A stretch of 64,000 nucleotides of DNA, taken from the NCBI GenBank assembly GCA_963815195.1, contig CAWFGE010000006.1, forward strand, positions 128,001 through 192,000. Direction: 5' to 3'. Source of the DNA: an uncultured Planctomycetaceae bacterium (GTDB lineage Bacteria; Planctomycetota; Planctomycetia; Planctomycetales; Planctomycetaceae). Position numbers and translations under genes: made by a program. Under the pieces are notes generated by a model. It was given only the letters and a program-made list of their open reading frames with translations, was not told the DNA's origin and ran no database searches. This document shows positions 1 to 12,364 of this stretch, one piece after another (position 1 is the first letter of the stretch; each line of letters begins with the position of its first letter).

Positions 1-326
1 CGCCTGGGAACGGCCCGGCGCTTTTCGCAAAGTGCTCAGCCACGTGGGGAGCTTCACCAACATCCGCGGCGGCAATGTCTATCCCGCGCATCCGCAAAAC
101 CGAGCCCAAGCCGATCCGCGTCTTCCTGCAGGACGGGGAAAACGATCTGGACAACGCCCACGGCAACTGGTGGCTGTCCAACCAGCAAATGGCCGCCGCC
201 CTCAAGTTCCAAAAGTACGATTACAAATTCGTAGGGGGCGCAGGCGGCCACAACGGCAAACACGGCGGTGCGATCCTGCCGGACTCCCTCCGCTGGCTGT
301 GGCGGGATCACGCGGCCTCCGAATAG
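1..326 (+). CDS. Esterase / alpha-beta hydrolase (enterochelin esterase-like), C-terminal part; frameshift near 88
   Basis: [24 protein letters not shown] continues in another frame as [22 protein letters not shown]...GGHNGKHGG; truncated by the window start. Confidence 0.7.
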   Translation, partial: PGNGPALFAKCSATWGASPTSAAAMSIPRIRKTEPKPIRVFLQDGENDLDNAHGNWWLSNQQMAAALKFQKYDYKFVGGAGGHNGKHGGAILPDSLRWLWRDHAASE

Positions 327-350
327 ATGACCGCCGGAGGCACGGCTCTG

Positions 351-818
351 TTAAACTTTGGCCTTGGCGTCCTGCTTTCGGGTTTTCAAATAGTCGGCGA
401 GATTGGCCGAGTCGTTGGTGCCCAGGCGGAGCGGGCTTCCGTGAAGTTGGAGTTCCACGCACTCGAGGCCCCACAGGTTCCACGTCCAGCCCCGGCCGGG
501 AATGAAGTGAATCCCCCAGCCGTCAACGATCCGCGAGCGCGTCGCTTGGAATTCTTGGATTTCGTCAAAGCGGATCCACGTGGAAAACAAGGGCAGCGGA
601 CCGAAATGCACCCAAAGAGTCTCCTCTTCGTCTTCGACGGTCAGCGTCGTCATCGTGAGCAGAAGAAAAATACTCAAGCCGATGATGCACAGCATGGCAA
701 ACCACACCCAAAAATCCGCCCGCCAGTTCCAGCCGGCGGCCACGCTCGCCACGATGACAGCCAACAGCCCGTAACGCACGGGCGAAACCTGGGTGTGGGA
801 GTAATGCGGCGCTTGCAT
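351..818 (-). CDS. Hypothetical membrane protein
   Basis: Two TM segments, then GWGIH...WTWNLWG; the ATG overlaps the upstream TGA (TGATG). Confidence 0.7.
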   Translation of the reverse strand: MQAPHYSHTQVSPVRYGLLAVIVASVAAGWNWRADFWVWFAMLCIIGLSIFLLLTMTTLTVEDEEETLWVHFGPLPLFSTWIRFDEIQEFQATRSRIVDGWGIHFIPGRGWTWNLWGLECVELQLHGSPLRLGTNDSANLADYLKTRKQDAKAKV

Positions 819-1928
819 CAGTTGTTCGCGGGCGGAGGGGAATTGGCTTCGGGAACGAGAGACGCGGCGGTTTTGTCGTTGGGCCAATAAGTCCACTGCG
901 GCTCCAGGCACGAGCGGAACTCGCTTTCCGACTCCCCAAACCGGTCCCCGTACCGGGAAAAATGCTGCACGATCGTCCGCCGCCAGACCGGCGGGCGTTT
1001 GTCTTCGGGATACCGGTCCGCCGTCTTCGTGAAGAACCAGGCCCGCTCCAGGGCGTCGGCGGGAGGCGTTTTCACATTTTCAAACAAGCCCGGCACGCTG
1101 CCCGCGCTTTGCCAGTCCCGCGGCAGCTCGGCTTGGGCTTTGATCGACGCCTTCCAGTTGCAAACCTCCGAAGCGGTGTGCAGGTCCTCGGCTCCGTTCC
1201 AGACGGCGTCCGAGGGCTTGAGTTCGCCGCTGTCGGCCATTTCCTTCAGCTTGGGGAATTTCACCGGACCGTCCACATAGCGGTAGCCGTTCGAGAATCC
1301 CGCCATGTAAATCGTGAAAAAATCCGTCTCGCGGTCCACGCCCCGGAACATCGCCACGCCGTAGATCGCGTTCTCGTCGCCTTTGTCCTCCGGGGTCGCC
1401 GGCGGCACGGTCTGCATGATCTCCACCGAATTCTTATAGTAATTCTTTTGGTTCCGGCCTTCCCGGCGATTGATCGCCGCCTGGGCTTCCGGCAGGATCA
1501 CGTCTTGATAGAATCTCCTGCACCGGCATGCCGTTCGTGATGTCGTCGGTGCGAAGCGTGAACACCGGCACGAACATCGGCAGGCTCGGTTCCTGGTCGT
1601 CGTCGTTTTGCGGAGTGTTCGGGGCGCCGGCCTTCTTGTCGAGCGACCGGTTGATCGACTTGTAAACCAGATACCAGACGTTTTCCCGCTGCTGTTTTCC
1701 GGTCTTGGGATTCGTGAGCGTGACCTCGATCATCCGCATCGGCTTGAAGTGCACCTCCATGATCCACAAATTGCGCATTGCGCTGAGTTCTTCACCCGTC
1801 GGCACGACCTTGGCAACCAGGGGGTATTCCTTGCGGGTGGGGGGCTGGCCGAAACCGGTCGAAACCGATCCCAGCACGGCAAACAGCACAAGTCCGCCGA
1901 GAAGGCGGTGATTGACGAAACAAGGCAT
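818..1928 (-). CDS. Secreted hypothetical protein; one frameshift near 1505
   Basis: ORFs 1434-1928 (signal peptide) and 818-1501 join if one base is removed (…EIYQDVILPEAQ…). Confidence 0.7.
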
Positions 1929-2198
1929 GGGCAGAAACGTCCGCGAGAGATTGGGAGAAGAAGTGCGATTCCAGCATTTTTATGTTCTTCCAATATATCA
2001 CCCTAAAAAAAGCCCCGTCAAGAACCTCGCGGCCTGACCCGTTTCAGTTGGCGAAGTTCCTGACAATCATCCATCCTGATTCGCCTTTCGCCCGGCGAGA
2101 CCGGAATGGAGCCGGGAAAACCTTGTGACGGCCCGAAAGCCGCCTTACAATCGCGCCATTCGACATTTTCCGAATCTTGACGAAATCGCATTGATCGA

Positions 2199-2777
2199 AT
2201 GACTCACGAATCCGCCCCTTACGTGCGCAGTCCCGAACTGTTGTCCCGCGGCCGTTGCCGATTGCTGATCGTGGATGTGCAGGAGAAATTGATCCCGCTG
2301 ATTCCCGTCGCGGACCAGCTCATCACGAACTGCCGAAAGCTGCTCGAAGGAGCCGCGGCCTTGGGCATTCCCGCGGGGGGGACGGAGCAATATCCCCGCG
2401 GCCTGGGGCAGATGGTGCCCGAGTTGGCCGAACGGCTCGGCGAGATGCCCGAGAAAGTCCGCTTCAGTTGTGCGGAGGCGCTGGCTTGGGGGCCGGCGGG
2501 TGCGGATCCGGACGCGAAAGATCAAATTATCGTGGCGGGCATCGAGGCCCACGTGTGCGTCTTGCAAACGGTGCTCGACCTGTTGGCGGCGGGCTACCGG
2601 GTGTATGTGCCCGCGGACGCCGTCGCCAGCCGCAAAAAGCTCGACTGGAAAATCGCCTTGGGCCGCATGGCCGACAGCGGTGCCGTGGTGACTACCACGG
2701 AATCGGTCCTGTTCGAATGCTGCGAGGTCGCCGGCAGCGAAGAATTCAAAACCATCAGCCGGCTGGTGAAGGAGTAA
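2199..2777 (+). CDS. Isochorismatase-family cysteine hydrolase
   Basis: DVQEKL, TEQYPRGLG, EKVRFSC and GIEAHVCVLQT motifs. Confidence 0.9.
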   Translation: MTHESAPYVRSPELLSRGRCRLLIVDVQEKLIPLIPVADQLITNCRKLLEGAAALGIPAGGTEQYPRGLGQMVPELAERLGEMPEKVRFSCAEALAWGPAGADPDAKDQIIVAGIEAHVCVLQTVLDLLAAGYRVYVPADAVASRKKLDWKIALGRMADSGAVVTTTESVLFECCEVAGSEEFKTISRLVKE

Positions 2778-2919
2778 GGAGTCGCCTGAGCGACGCGGGC
2801 TGCCGGGGTCGGGTCCGTAACGTCTTTCGCGGTCGTTGCCGCCATTTTGTCCCTTGGAGCGGAATCCCTCGGGGAAACGGAACACTCTTGGCGGCTCGTC
2901 GCATCCACGCATCCACGCA

Positions 2920-3120
2920 TCAACAGGCAATGCAGGACCGTTCGTTCGCGGCCCGCGTCGCCTGGACGAGGATTTGCTTCATCTCCTCCAGCGAAGGCTC
3001 ATGGCGAAGATCCAGGCCCGCGCGGGTGAGGACATCGGTGACGATTTCCACCACGTCCGGCTCGCATTGGCTGCCGCGAATCTCGTCGCGGATTTCTTCG
3101 ATCAAGTCAACAAATTTCAT
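2920..3120 (-). CDS. Small hypothetical protein (66 aa)
   Basis: GAGGA RBS before MKFVDLIEE; protein-like composition. Confidence 0.55.
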   Translation of the reverse strand: MKFVDLIEEIRDEIRGSQCEPDVVEIVTDVLTRAGLDLRHEPSLEEMKQILVQATRAANERSCIAC

Positions 3121-3473
3121 TTTCGTATTCCTCGTGATTTGTATTCTCTTATATCCCGCTTTGGACACATAGGTTTCATCGATGTTCGCCTCGACGAGCC
3201 GTCAATGAAGGATTTCAAGCCGCCGGTTTTGCAATCGCCAAACCCCACGGAGAGTGCGAAGATGGGGAAAATGTGGGGCAATCAACGCTTTCTGATGTTC
3301 TATACGCTCGTCAGGCGATCGGTTTTGCAGAGATTCCCGACGACTTTTCCAGATTTCGCATTCCCACTTCTGTGACGCGGCTCGCGGGACATCGTTCCGT
3401 AACGGGAGTGTAACTTTTGATGGGAGACATCCGTGGGACGGACCTGAGCCAATCCGCCCGGGGGGGTGCGAAG

Positions 3474-3668
3474 CTACGCATCCTGTTTTTCCAGCAGCAC
3501 CAAAATCAGCGTGGCTAAGGGGCCGAACAGCAGCGAAAGCAGAAACCACGCCAGCCCGCTCCGATTCTTCCCCTGGGCGATGCCGGCATTGAGCAAGGCC
3601 AGGGTCCCCCAGCCGACGGCGTATTGCTGTGCGTTCTCCATGGGAAATCCGCTTGCATCAATAATCAT
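3474..3668 (-). CDS. Small two-TM membrane protein
   Basis: VGWGTLALLNAGIAQGKNRSGLAWFLLSLLFGPLATLILV; start could be 3641. Confidence 0.7.
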   Translation of the reverse strand: MIIDASGFPMENAQQYAVGWGTLALLNAGIAQGKNRSGLAWFLLSLLFGPLATLILVLLEKQDA

Positions 3669-3871
3669 TGTTTGAATTGCACTCGATGGGAAAACGAAAT
3701 CCGAGCCGATTTGGTTCACAAGAAAAAGGCAGAATTCGCGCGGGGAGACGTCGCCATCTCCGTTTCGGTCCATGCGCTCAAAGCACACCGGGGCCGAGGG
3801 AGGTGGCTCGGCCGTTTGGAAAGTCCGGAACGACGTGTTGGGCAAATGGGCCCTCAACCACGAAAGCGCAT

Positions 3872-3899
3872 AAAAAAAACCGCCCCTTGGCGGTTTTTT
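3872..3899. terminator. Bidirectional intrinsic terminator, downstream of the putative 6S RNA on the minus strand
   Basis: AAAAAAAACCGCC-CCTT-GGCGGTTTTTT hairpin with A and T tracts. Confidence 0.85.
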
Positions 3900-3911
3900 C
3901 GATCGGCCGCT

Positions 3912-4065
3912 CAGCCTCATGAGCGTGTGAGTCGCGGGTTCCCCAGTGGCAGGACGTGAGGGCGGGTTGGTACGTCCGAACTCAACAAGCCATTCAGCGG
4001 ACCGAACCTCTTTAAAAACCACTCACCGCGGATCAGCGAAGCTCACCCCCGGTCATGAGGCTGCC
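3912..4065 (-). ncRNA. ssrS: Probable 6S RNA
   Basis: About 155-nt rod: 11-bp closing stem CAGCCTCATGA/TCATGAGGCTG, nested helices (GTGAG/CTCAC, AGTGG/CCACT, GTCCG/CGGAC), central asymmetric bubble, terminator immediately 3'. Confidence 0.75.
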
Positions 4066-4297
4066 TTTCGATACTTATGTCTTCCAACTTCGGCCAACCC
4101 TCCTTTCATCAAACGCGAAAAGGGGCATCAACGGGAGGGCGAGTCCACGTCGATGAATGGTCAAGGTCGAACACATTTTCCACCGCTGATTATATCGACT
4201 GGGAAAACGATGTGAAGAAAAATTCTCCGGAATTTGCGCGAGTTTCCAGATTTCAGAGGAACTCCCAGTGACCAAATCTCGAGAACGTCGGCAGAAA

Positions 4298-4396
4298 CGG
4301 GTGCCACTGGCAACTTGTTGCCAGTGTTTCACCTTCGATCGGAGCAAAAGATGTGATACCCGCAATTCACTGGCAGCAAGCGGCCAGTGGCACCCG
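4298..4396. repeat. REPIN (inverted REP doublet), GGGTGCCACTGGC...GCCAGTG family
   Basis: 4298-4326 and 4368-4396 are inverted palindromic units; the same family recurs at 14089-14301. Confidence 0.85.
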
Positions 4397-4419
4397 ACAA
4401 GAACTTTCGAGATAAGGCC

Positions 4420-5358
4420 CTACTGCCGGACCGGGTCGCTGGGGCCGGCGGGTTTCATGGATTGGCGGATGCCGCGCTCGATTTCGTCGGCATTTAAGAC
4501 GTGGCGGGTCTTCACGTATCGCATCGGGGCTTTTTTGAACTCCGCCCGGCTCTCGGCGGTTTGAAACAGATAGAGCGACCCGTCGAAATAGGCCCCATAT
4601 TTGGTGCTCCCGGGAATGGCCCGGTCGGTTTTCTGCAAGACCACCGGGTCGCAGCCCAAAAGCCGGGGCACGTATTTGCCGGGGTTCGCCTGAAACTCTT
4701 CGAGTTCCGTCTCGGTCGCCATGTGGTAAGCCACGCCCTTGTGGTAGGCCGTATGGTCCGATTTGCCCTTCCGCCATTCCCGCCAGTTGTAAAGCGAAAC
4801 GGGGCTGTAGCCATCCAATCCGACGATCGGCTCCGGAGGCGGTTCGGGTTTCAGACGGTTCTCTTCCTTCGCGAGCAGCGTGCCGGGTTCGGGTTCCGCA
4901 GGCAATGGCTGCTCGGGTTGGGGCCGCAGGCGGTTGCTCAAGCGATCGAGCCGGGCCAGGTAGGTTCGCTTCTCCTGATAGCCCCGCGTCTCGACCACCA
5001 CCTGCCCTTGAGCCGTGACGACCACATCGGCCGGCAGCGAGCGGACGCCGAACTTCTTGAGCACGTCCGGCTCGCGGTCGGCATCGACTTTCACGCCCAC
5101 GAAGTTCCGCTTGAGATGGGCCGACAGTTCCGGCGAGTGGAGCACGTCGCGATCCATCCGCCGGCAAGGAATGCACCACTGGGCGGAAAAATGGATCAAC
5201 AGCGGCCGCCCGAGCCTCTGGGCCTCGGCCTCGGCCGTCCGAAAGTCGGTCAGCCAGCCCGTCTCGTCCGGAGATTTTGCCGACGCCTCCCGGCCGGGAC
5301 AAACCGCCCCCGTCCAAACCGCGAGAACAAAAATCCAACTCCAGCGCGGCACGGGCAT
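4420..5358 (-). CDS. Exported thioredoxin-family protein with C-terminal YHS-like domains
   Basis: Signal peptide, WCIPC motif, then LDGYSPV...FQANPGKY and YLFQTAESRAEFKKAPMRY. Confidence 0.8.
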   Translation of the reverse strand: MPVPRWSWIFVLAVWTGAVCPGREASAKSPDETGWLTDFRTAEAEAQRLGRPLLIHFSAQWCIPCRRMDRDVLHSPELSAHLKRNFVGVKVDADREPDVLKKFGVRSLPADVVVTAQGQVVVETRGYQEKRTYLARLDRLSNRLRPQPEQPLPAEPEPGTLLAKEENRLKPEPPPEPIVGLDGYSPVSLYNWREWRKGKSDHTAYHKGVAYHMATETELEEFQANPGKYVPRLLGCDPVVLQKTDRAIPGSTKYGAYFDGSLYLFQTAESRAEFKKAPMRYVKTRHVLNADEIERGIRQSMKPAGPSDPVRQ

Positions 5359-5595
5359 TGGGGACTCCCTCGAGAATGCGGAACGACGGACCGGTGCAAG
5401 GTCCCTTCCTCTTCTCTATCGGCCCGTCCCCGGGAGCCGGTTGTGAGCCATCCGCCGGTTCCCCTCCAATCAGAAAGACCCCTACGGACCGGGGTGTGAT
5501 TATACCGGTCGGACGCATCGCGCCGCCCGCCGAGTCGATAGAACCCGCAAACTTCGCCCGACCCGAACCGCTGTCCCAGACGTGAATCTCTCGCG

Positions 5596-6165
5596 TTATG
5601 ACTCCGCGTTGGCCGCCTTGCCGTAGTTGTCCTCGCCCCACACCCGCTGGTTGAAGTCGGCCGACCGGCCGCGGGGGATCGTGATGGTTTCCCAATTTTC
5701 CCCCGCCCAATGCCGGGCCAACATCAAGATTTGCCCGACATGGTAACTCGAGTGGGCCAGCGAGCGCTGCATAGCGAGTGGCACCGAATGCGGTTCGCCG
5801 CGAATCGTCACGGTCTTAAGCAGATCCTCCGGAGACAACGACTTCAGGGAATGGAACAGGCATTCCCAGCCCTGTTCCCAGTACGCGAGTATCTCCTCGC
5901 GGCTCTGAAAGTCATCGACGAACTCCCGATCGCGGTTCCGCCAGGGTTTTTCGCCGTCGGTCGTCAAGAAATCCGTCCAGCGGGAAAGCAGATTCCCCGC
6001 GATGTGCTTCATGATGACCGCGACCGAGTTCGTGTTCTCATCCAGCGGCCGGCGAAGCGGCTCCTCGGACAGCTGCAAGATCGCCTTGTCCGCCCAACGC
6101 TTGTGGTTTTCAAAGACGGAGATGGTGCTTTCGAGAAGCACCTTCCCCAATTCGGCATCGCTCAT
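5596..6165 (-). CDS. DUF1572 (DinB superfamily) protein
   Basis: NSVAVIMKHIAGNLLSRWTDFLTTDGEKPWRNRDREF; HSSYHVGQI. Confidence 0.9.
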   Translation of the reverse strand: MSDAELGKVLLESTISVFENHKRWADKAILQLSEEPLRRPLDENTNSVAVIMKHIAGNLLSRWTDFLTTDGEKPWRNRDREFVDDFQSREEILAYWEQGWECLFHSLKSLSPEDLLKTVTIRGEPHSVPLAMQRSLAHSSYHVGQILMLARHWAGENWETITIPRGRSADFNQRVWGEDNYGKAANAES

Positions 6166-6258
6166 CGCTGTCCTCACCAATGCAGCAGATTTTAAGTAGC
6201 GCGGCGTCTTGCCGCGGAAGATCGATCACGGCGGCTGAAAGCCGCTACGACAATAACG

Positions 6259-9200
6259 CTATTCGACTTTCAATTCCAGGCTTTCCGAGTGGCTGTTGAA
6301 CTCGGGGGCATACATGCATTCGATGGACGCGTAGCCCGTCTGGTAATCGCCCTTAAGCTGCACGCGGAGCGAATACTCGAACACATAGGTCCCCTTGGGG
6401 AGGTAATCGATGAAGAAATGGCTCGCCGTGTCGCGGGTGGATTCGTAATAAGCGAGGCCGTCTTGATAGCGGTACTGCGAGAGCACGTTCACCGGCTCGG
6501 TGCCGCTGCCGCGGTAATCTTTCAGATGGATGTACTCCATGCTGCGGTCGGTTTTGAGCACCACGCGGACGACGAGTTCATCCCCCACGTTGACGGGGCC
6601 GTCCACGCGTTCGAGCGTCGGGCCTTTCTTCGTGAACTTCTTGATGTAAAGCTGCTTCGTGAGCTTGAGCGGCGTGCCTTCGTATCCGGTGACCTGGCTC
6701 AAGTCTTCCAGGTACTGCCAGTTCACGCTGCCCCAGGCCACGCCTTCGTCGAGCTTCTTCACCGTGATCTTGCCGAGCTTGGGCTGGATTTCCTTGCCGG
6801 TGAACCGCTCTTCATAAAACCCGGTGCCGGCTTCGACATCTTCCGGCTCGACTTTTTGATCGTCGAGCGCGACTTCCACCAGCGCATCGGACGCCAGCCC
6901 CTCCGTGCCTCGCAATAGCAGCGCATACACCGCATCGGCGGTGGCTTTCGTCGTTTTCCAGTCCTGGGTTTGCTTTTGCTTCAACAGCCAGACCTTGCAG
7001 TCTTCCACGGCTGCCTGATCGTGGACAACTTCATCGAAGGCTTCGATCATCATCGCCTGGGTTTCGATCGGGCGCGATACCACCACCAGGAAAGCTCCAA
7101 CTGCGGCCAATACCGGCCGAGTTCCTCATCTTCTTTCGACCGCTCTTTGAGCGACGCCATGATGCCCTTGGCCGTCTCCAGATCGTCGAAGCGTTTGAGG
7201 GCCACCGCGAGATGGGCCTGCGACTGCAAGACGCCCAACTCCAGCCAATACTTCTTCGCCTGGCCGAGCCAATAATTGACCGCCGTTTTGTGGGCGGGGG
7301 CGATCGGCTGGTCGTCAAGGAAAAAGCTCCGGCCGTAGAGGTAAAACGCGATCAGCGAGGAAAGATGATTCTTGTCCCGCTTGTCGGCGGGGATCTTGCT
7401 ATAGATTTCCGTGACCCAGGCATCGAGGCGGGTCAGCGATTTGAGGGCGGGCGAGACATCGACCTTCGCGCCCAAATGCCGGAGCCGGCCGAAGCCGGTC
7501 GTGATATACAGCGTGATGTAATCGTTCGCCGGTCCGCCGGGGAACCAGGGCCAGCGGCCGTCTTCGTACTGCTGATCGCTGAGCTTCCGCAGCAAGCGGG
7601 CGGTTTCCTGGTTGAGGCGGTTTTCGTCGAACAGGATCCCGATGTTCCGCCGGGCCTGGCTCTCGGCTTCCGCCTGCCGGACCCAGGGCGTTTCTTCGAG
7701 CAGCACCGATTTTAAGTCTTCGTTCTGTTCGAGCGGGCTCTTCAACGTGTCGCCGCCGGTGTTTTTCCAGACGTCGAACACCCGGCGGATTTTGGGATTG
7801 CTGCCCGCAACGTGCCGGGCCAGCGAGTTGGCGTACAGCCGGTTGAAAGTCTGCTCCGTGCATTCGTAGGGATATTCCATCAGGTAAGGCAATGCCAAGA
7901 CCGCGTACCAGTTGGGATTGGAGACCATCTGCACGGTGAGTGATTTGTTGCGGATCGTTTTGGAGTCGGCGGACTTGAGCAGCCGCTCGAACTCGAAGGT
8001 CTTCGTCTGTTTGCCGCGGATGGGCAGAGGCAGCGATTCCGTGACCAAGACCCGCTTCGAAAGCACGGGCAGATAACCTTCCTCGCCGTCGGACAGTCGG
8101 CCCGTCGATCCCACCGCTTTGTAGGTCAGAAAACCCAAGCCTTCGGGGATTGTTAGCTTCCACGAGAACGACTTCGAAGCCCCCGCGGCGATTTCAAAAG
8201 TTTGATCGGTCTGGGTGTTGGCCAGTTCATCATCCACCGATTCCCCGCTGACGGCCTTGGCGAACGTCAGCCGGACTTGGCCCGTTTGCGTCGTGGGCGA
8301 TTGGTTGCTGACCTTGACGGTGAACTCGATCACATCCCCTTCGCGGACAAACCGCGGGGCGTTGGGCTGCACCATGAGGTCCTTGGCGGTGACGACTTTG
8401 TCGGTGAGTAGCCCCGCCCGCAGATTTTTGTCGTGGGCGAAGCCGAGGAACTTCCATTCGGTGAGCGCTTCGGGCATGGTGAATTCCATCCGCACGCTGC
8501 CGTCTTCGCCTGTGGTCAGATGCGGAAAGAAGAACGCGGTTTCATTGAGGTTCTTACGGGCCGAGACGTTCTCCAGGTCCGGTCCGCCCTGTCCGCCACC
8601 TTCGCCCTTGGCTTTGTCTTGGAGAGCGTTGAGGCCGCGGCCCTGCTTTTCCACGCCGTCCATGTTCTTCCGGCGTTCGGACTTGGTCTCCGCGGCCTGC
8701 GGTGCGGCTTCTCCGGGCCTGCCGGCGGCCAGCATCGAGCGGTTATTGTAGCGGTAATATGGCACCATCATGTTGACGATGTCGGCCGGGAAATGGCGAT
8801 AGGTCAAGGTCGCGTCTTTGTGGCCGACGTTCCAGTTGTGATAGATGTATTGAAAATACTTGAGCTGGTTCTCGAACTGCGACGACACCCGCGAATGATC
8901 CTGGAAAAACACCTGGAACATCTTCTGCCAATGCTGAGGGAGGTAGGCGTCGAGCGAGGCGTCGTACATGGCGGCCACGAACTCGGCGACGGTTTTCTTC
9001 GCATCGGGGCCGGTGACGACCGCGGTCCAGCTTTCCTCTTCGCCCGGCTTGAGCTTGGAGACGAAGTGCTCCCACTTCACGGTAAGTTCCTTGTTGGTCC
9101 AGGGCACTTCGACTTTGCGGGATTCGAGATAGGCCCGATTCTCGCGGACCATCGTCACGCGAACCTGAAATCCGCCCCGCATGCTTTCTTCCACTTTTTG

Positions 9201-12200
9201 TTTGATCTCGACCTGGGTTCGGCCCTGGTCGGTCCAGAAGCTTTGCAGCAGCTTGCCGCGATGTTCGATTTCGACATAAGCCCGCGCGGTCTCATAACCG
9301 CTGCCCCACACCGCGCGGAACGTGTCGCCGGGCTGTAACGACCACTTGGGAGCCGCGAACAGGTTGGGGATTTTGATGCTAAAGTCCTGGGCGTCGGGAT
9401 CCAAAACCTCGATCGGCAGCAGGGCTTTGACTTCGGTGCCGAAGCTGTCTTGGGTTTCGAGCTTCGCGCGGTAGATGCCCGCTTTGAGCTTCGCGGAGAC
9501 TTTGGTCGTGCCGCTGGCGTCGGTTTCAAAATCGGTTTCGTAGGCGACTTCGCCGAGTTCCCAGGAGTTGGGATTGCTGGGATCGACCTCCGGTTCTTCG
9601 CCCGCCTTCGGCTTGCGCTGCGAATAAACATAGCCCCCGGAGAGCGGTTTGCGGTGCACTTTGTCGGGCTGCTTGAGCTGATAGATCTTGAGGGTCCCGC
9701 TGGCCGCCTGGCCTTCGCCGTCCAACGTGGTCGTGTGGATCGTGATTTCCACCGGCTCTTCGTCGGTCTGCCAATCATTCGCGGTCAATTCCGCTTTGAG
9801 CGCGGTGTAGCCCGCGTTGATCGTCCGCTGGGCCGAGCGGGTCTCGCCCGTCGTGTCGGTGACGTCGGCATAGACCATGAACTGGAACGTCGGCTCGTTG
9901 TCCTTGGGAACGGCCGGATCGGGCTTGGCGGTGAATTGGATGTTGAAGCGTGCCGTTGCCGTCGGTCATGCTGCTGCCGTGGGCGATTTCCTGGCTTTGG
10001 CCGGCATAGGGAGGATTCCACCAGTACCGCCAATACCACCACACGGGAAAACGAACCTGCCGCACGACCCGCCAGCTCACCTTGGCCCCGTCGATCGCGG
10101 CCCCCGTGTAGGCGGTCGCTTTGCCGGCGACCTCGACCTGATCGTTCAACCGCGGCGCCTGTTTCGGCGGCTTGACTTCGACCTGGAACTTCGGGCGTTT
10201 GTATTCTTCCACGCGAATCGTCGCGGCTCCGTCCGGTCCGCCGTCGACGCGGAGCGCCATCTGCCCCATCAAGCGGTCGCGGGGCGCGGTCACGCTGCCG
10301 CTGAAGCTGCCGTAGTCGTTGGTCTTGAGCTTCAGGCGTTCGATCTCCTTGCCGTTGACATCCTGAAACACCACGGCAACCGAACGGCCTTTGAGGACTT
10401 CGTACTTGTTCTGGTTTTGGTCCGCCCAAACGCAGATGCCTTTGAAATGCACCGTCTGCCCCGGCCGATACAGAGCCCGATCGGTGAAGAACACCGTCCG
10501 CTCGAACGGTCGCGGTGTCGTGTTGTATGTGTTGATGTAGAAGTAATTGATCGAAGACAACGCCTGGTCGCCCGACTCGGCGTAGAGGACGACGGCGTTC
10601 CGGTTTTCGCCGGTGAAGCGGAACAGGCCCTTCTCGTCGGTCTTGGTGGCGGGGATCTGCATAAGTTGATTGCGGTTTCCGCGCTGCCAGCCGCGAACTT
10701 TCGCCCCGCTGATCGGATCGCCCGTGATCGCATTCAGCACAAACCCTTCCAAGACGCCTTCGCCCTGCCGAGTGCGAATCACAAGCGCCAGATCGCTGAC
10801 CCAGACCTCGGCAAAATTGACCTGGTTGCTGTTATTCGAGAACTGCTCGTTATGGCTCGTGATGAGGTAATACGAACCGGGCTTGAGATCTTCCGGGGCC
10901 TTGAGTTCTTCCGTGCGGAGATGGTAGTCCTCGGTCTTGGGCAAATCTTTTGACCAGGCCTTGAGCGGGTCCAGTTTCAATAACGCCTGCCGCTGGTTTT
11001 GATCGAGGGATTCCGGTCCCCACCGCTGCGACTTGGCATACTCTTCAAAATCAAAGGGCACGATGCGGAAATAGATCTTCGTCACGTTACGATAACTGAC
11101 GTTGATCGTCGGCAGCGGCTTGTTCCAGACGCGTTCGGTGTTGATTTGCGATTGCGGGGCTTCGATTTGCTGGATGAGGTTATAGCACAGCTTGCCGCCG
11201 ATGCTGTCCGGGTTTCGCTTCACGCCGCGCTCGGCGATCTTGTGAGCCTCCACCCAATCGTCTTCGCCATGAACCACGTTCGCCAAGTAGTAAATCGCCC
11301 GCGCGGAGATCTTGTTTTGGGCGTTCTGCTCTTCAAACCGCTTGAGCGCGGCTTTGTAGCGGGCCGCTTTTTCCTCGCCAGAGGCTTTGTTATAGCCGAA
11401 CTGCAAACGCTGGAGATCCGCATCCAACACGGCATCTTTGTCGTTGTCTTTTTGATGGAAGCGAATCAAATCTTGATAAAGATTCACCGCCCGGAGCGTG
11501 GGGGAATCTTCGTCGGTCGTCTTGGGTTTCCATTCGAGGAAGTTGTCGGTCGAAGAAAAAATCGGGCTCTCGGCATCGATCTCGAACTCATCCTCGGCCA
11601 TCGCATATGCCTGCTCGCCGGAGGCGTAAAACTCGATCGCCTCGTAAGCGATGAAGTCGTACAGCGTGGGCCGATAGCTGTCCGGGGCCGTGCCTTTTTC
11701 CAGAAGCTCGTCATAGTCGGCGATCGGCGTTTTTTTGAGGACATCCGGCTTCGCCAGCGCGTTTTGATAATGCCGGCCGATTTCCTGAAACAACCGGGGC
11801 AGATCCCAGGTGGTGAAATCGTTGCTGGGCGGGGCGGCGGTCCGCGTCCGCTGCAAAAACCGCCAGCGGTTTTGCTGGTAGTAATTCCAATACCAGTTGG
11901 CGAGAATCGTCTCCATGATGGGTTTGATCTCAGCCGGCGCCTTGGCGAGCTCGGCCTGCATCTTGGTGATCCGCTCCTCGCTTTTCTCCGTCTCGAGCGC
12001 GATCTTCTTGGCGATCGCCTTTACCGCTTCGTCGTAATCTTTATCCTTGAGTGCCCCGGCGATGATCGGCTCGAGTTTTTTGACCGCCGTCTGGGGCAGG
12101 CCTTTTTTCACCGCGTCGTTCACCTCTTTCCATTGATCGTCCCGCGGCCCGCCCACCGCCGCCAGTATCGAACCAAAGCCCGCCAGAATGAGCACAATCA

Positions 12201-12213
12201 ACCGATGATTCAT
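6259..12213 (-). CDS. Bacterial alpha-2-macroglobulin (MG2/A2M domains); frameshifts near 9948 and 7072
   Basis: FFTDRALYRPGQTV, RVEEYKRPKF, RKNLNETAFFFP, thioester motif YPYECTEQ, IECMYAPEF; three consecutive ORFs. Confidence 0.9.
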
Positions 12214-12364
12214 AGGTCCACTTTCAATGACAGAATTTCACAACATCAGGGCGGCATGTTTCCGCCGAGGATTCGACACGCCGGCATTTGCCGCCGCTAT
12301 TTCAGAGACGCCTGAAGCCGCCCGATAGTTCCAAGATTCCCGCAACTCGAAACCGCCCGCCGAG

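Noticed and set aside
3474..4022. 182-aa ORF as one protein
   Set aside because: It reads through the putative 6S RNA and its terminator; only the C-terminal membrane part is credible.
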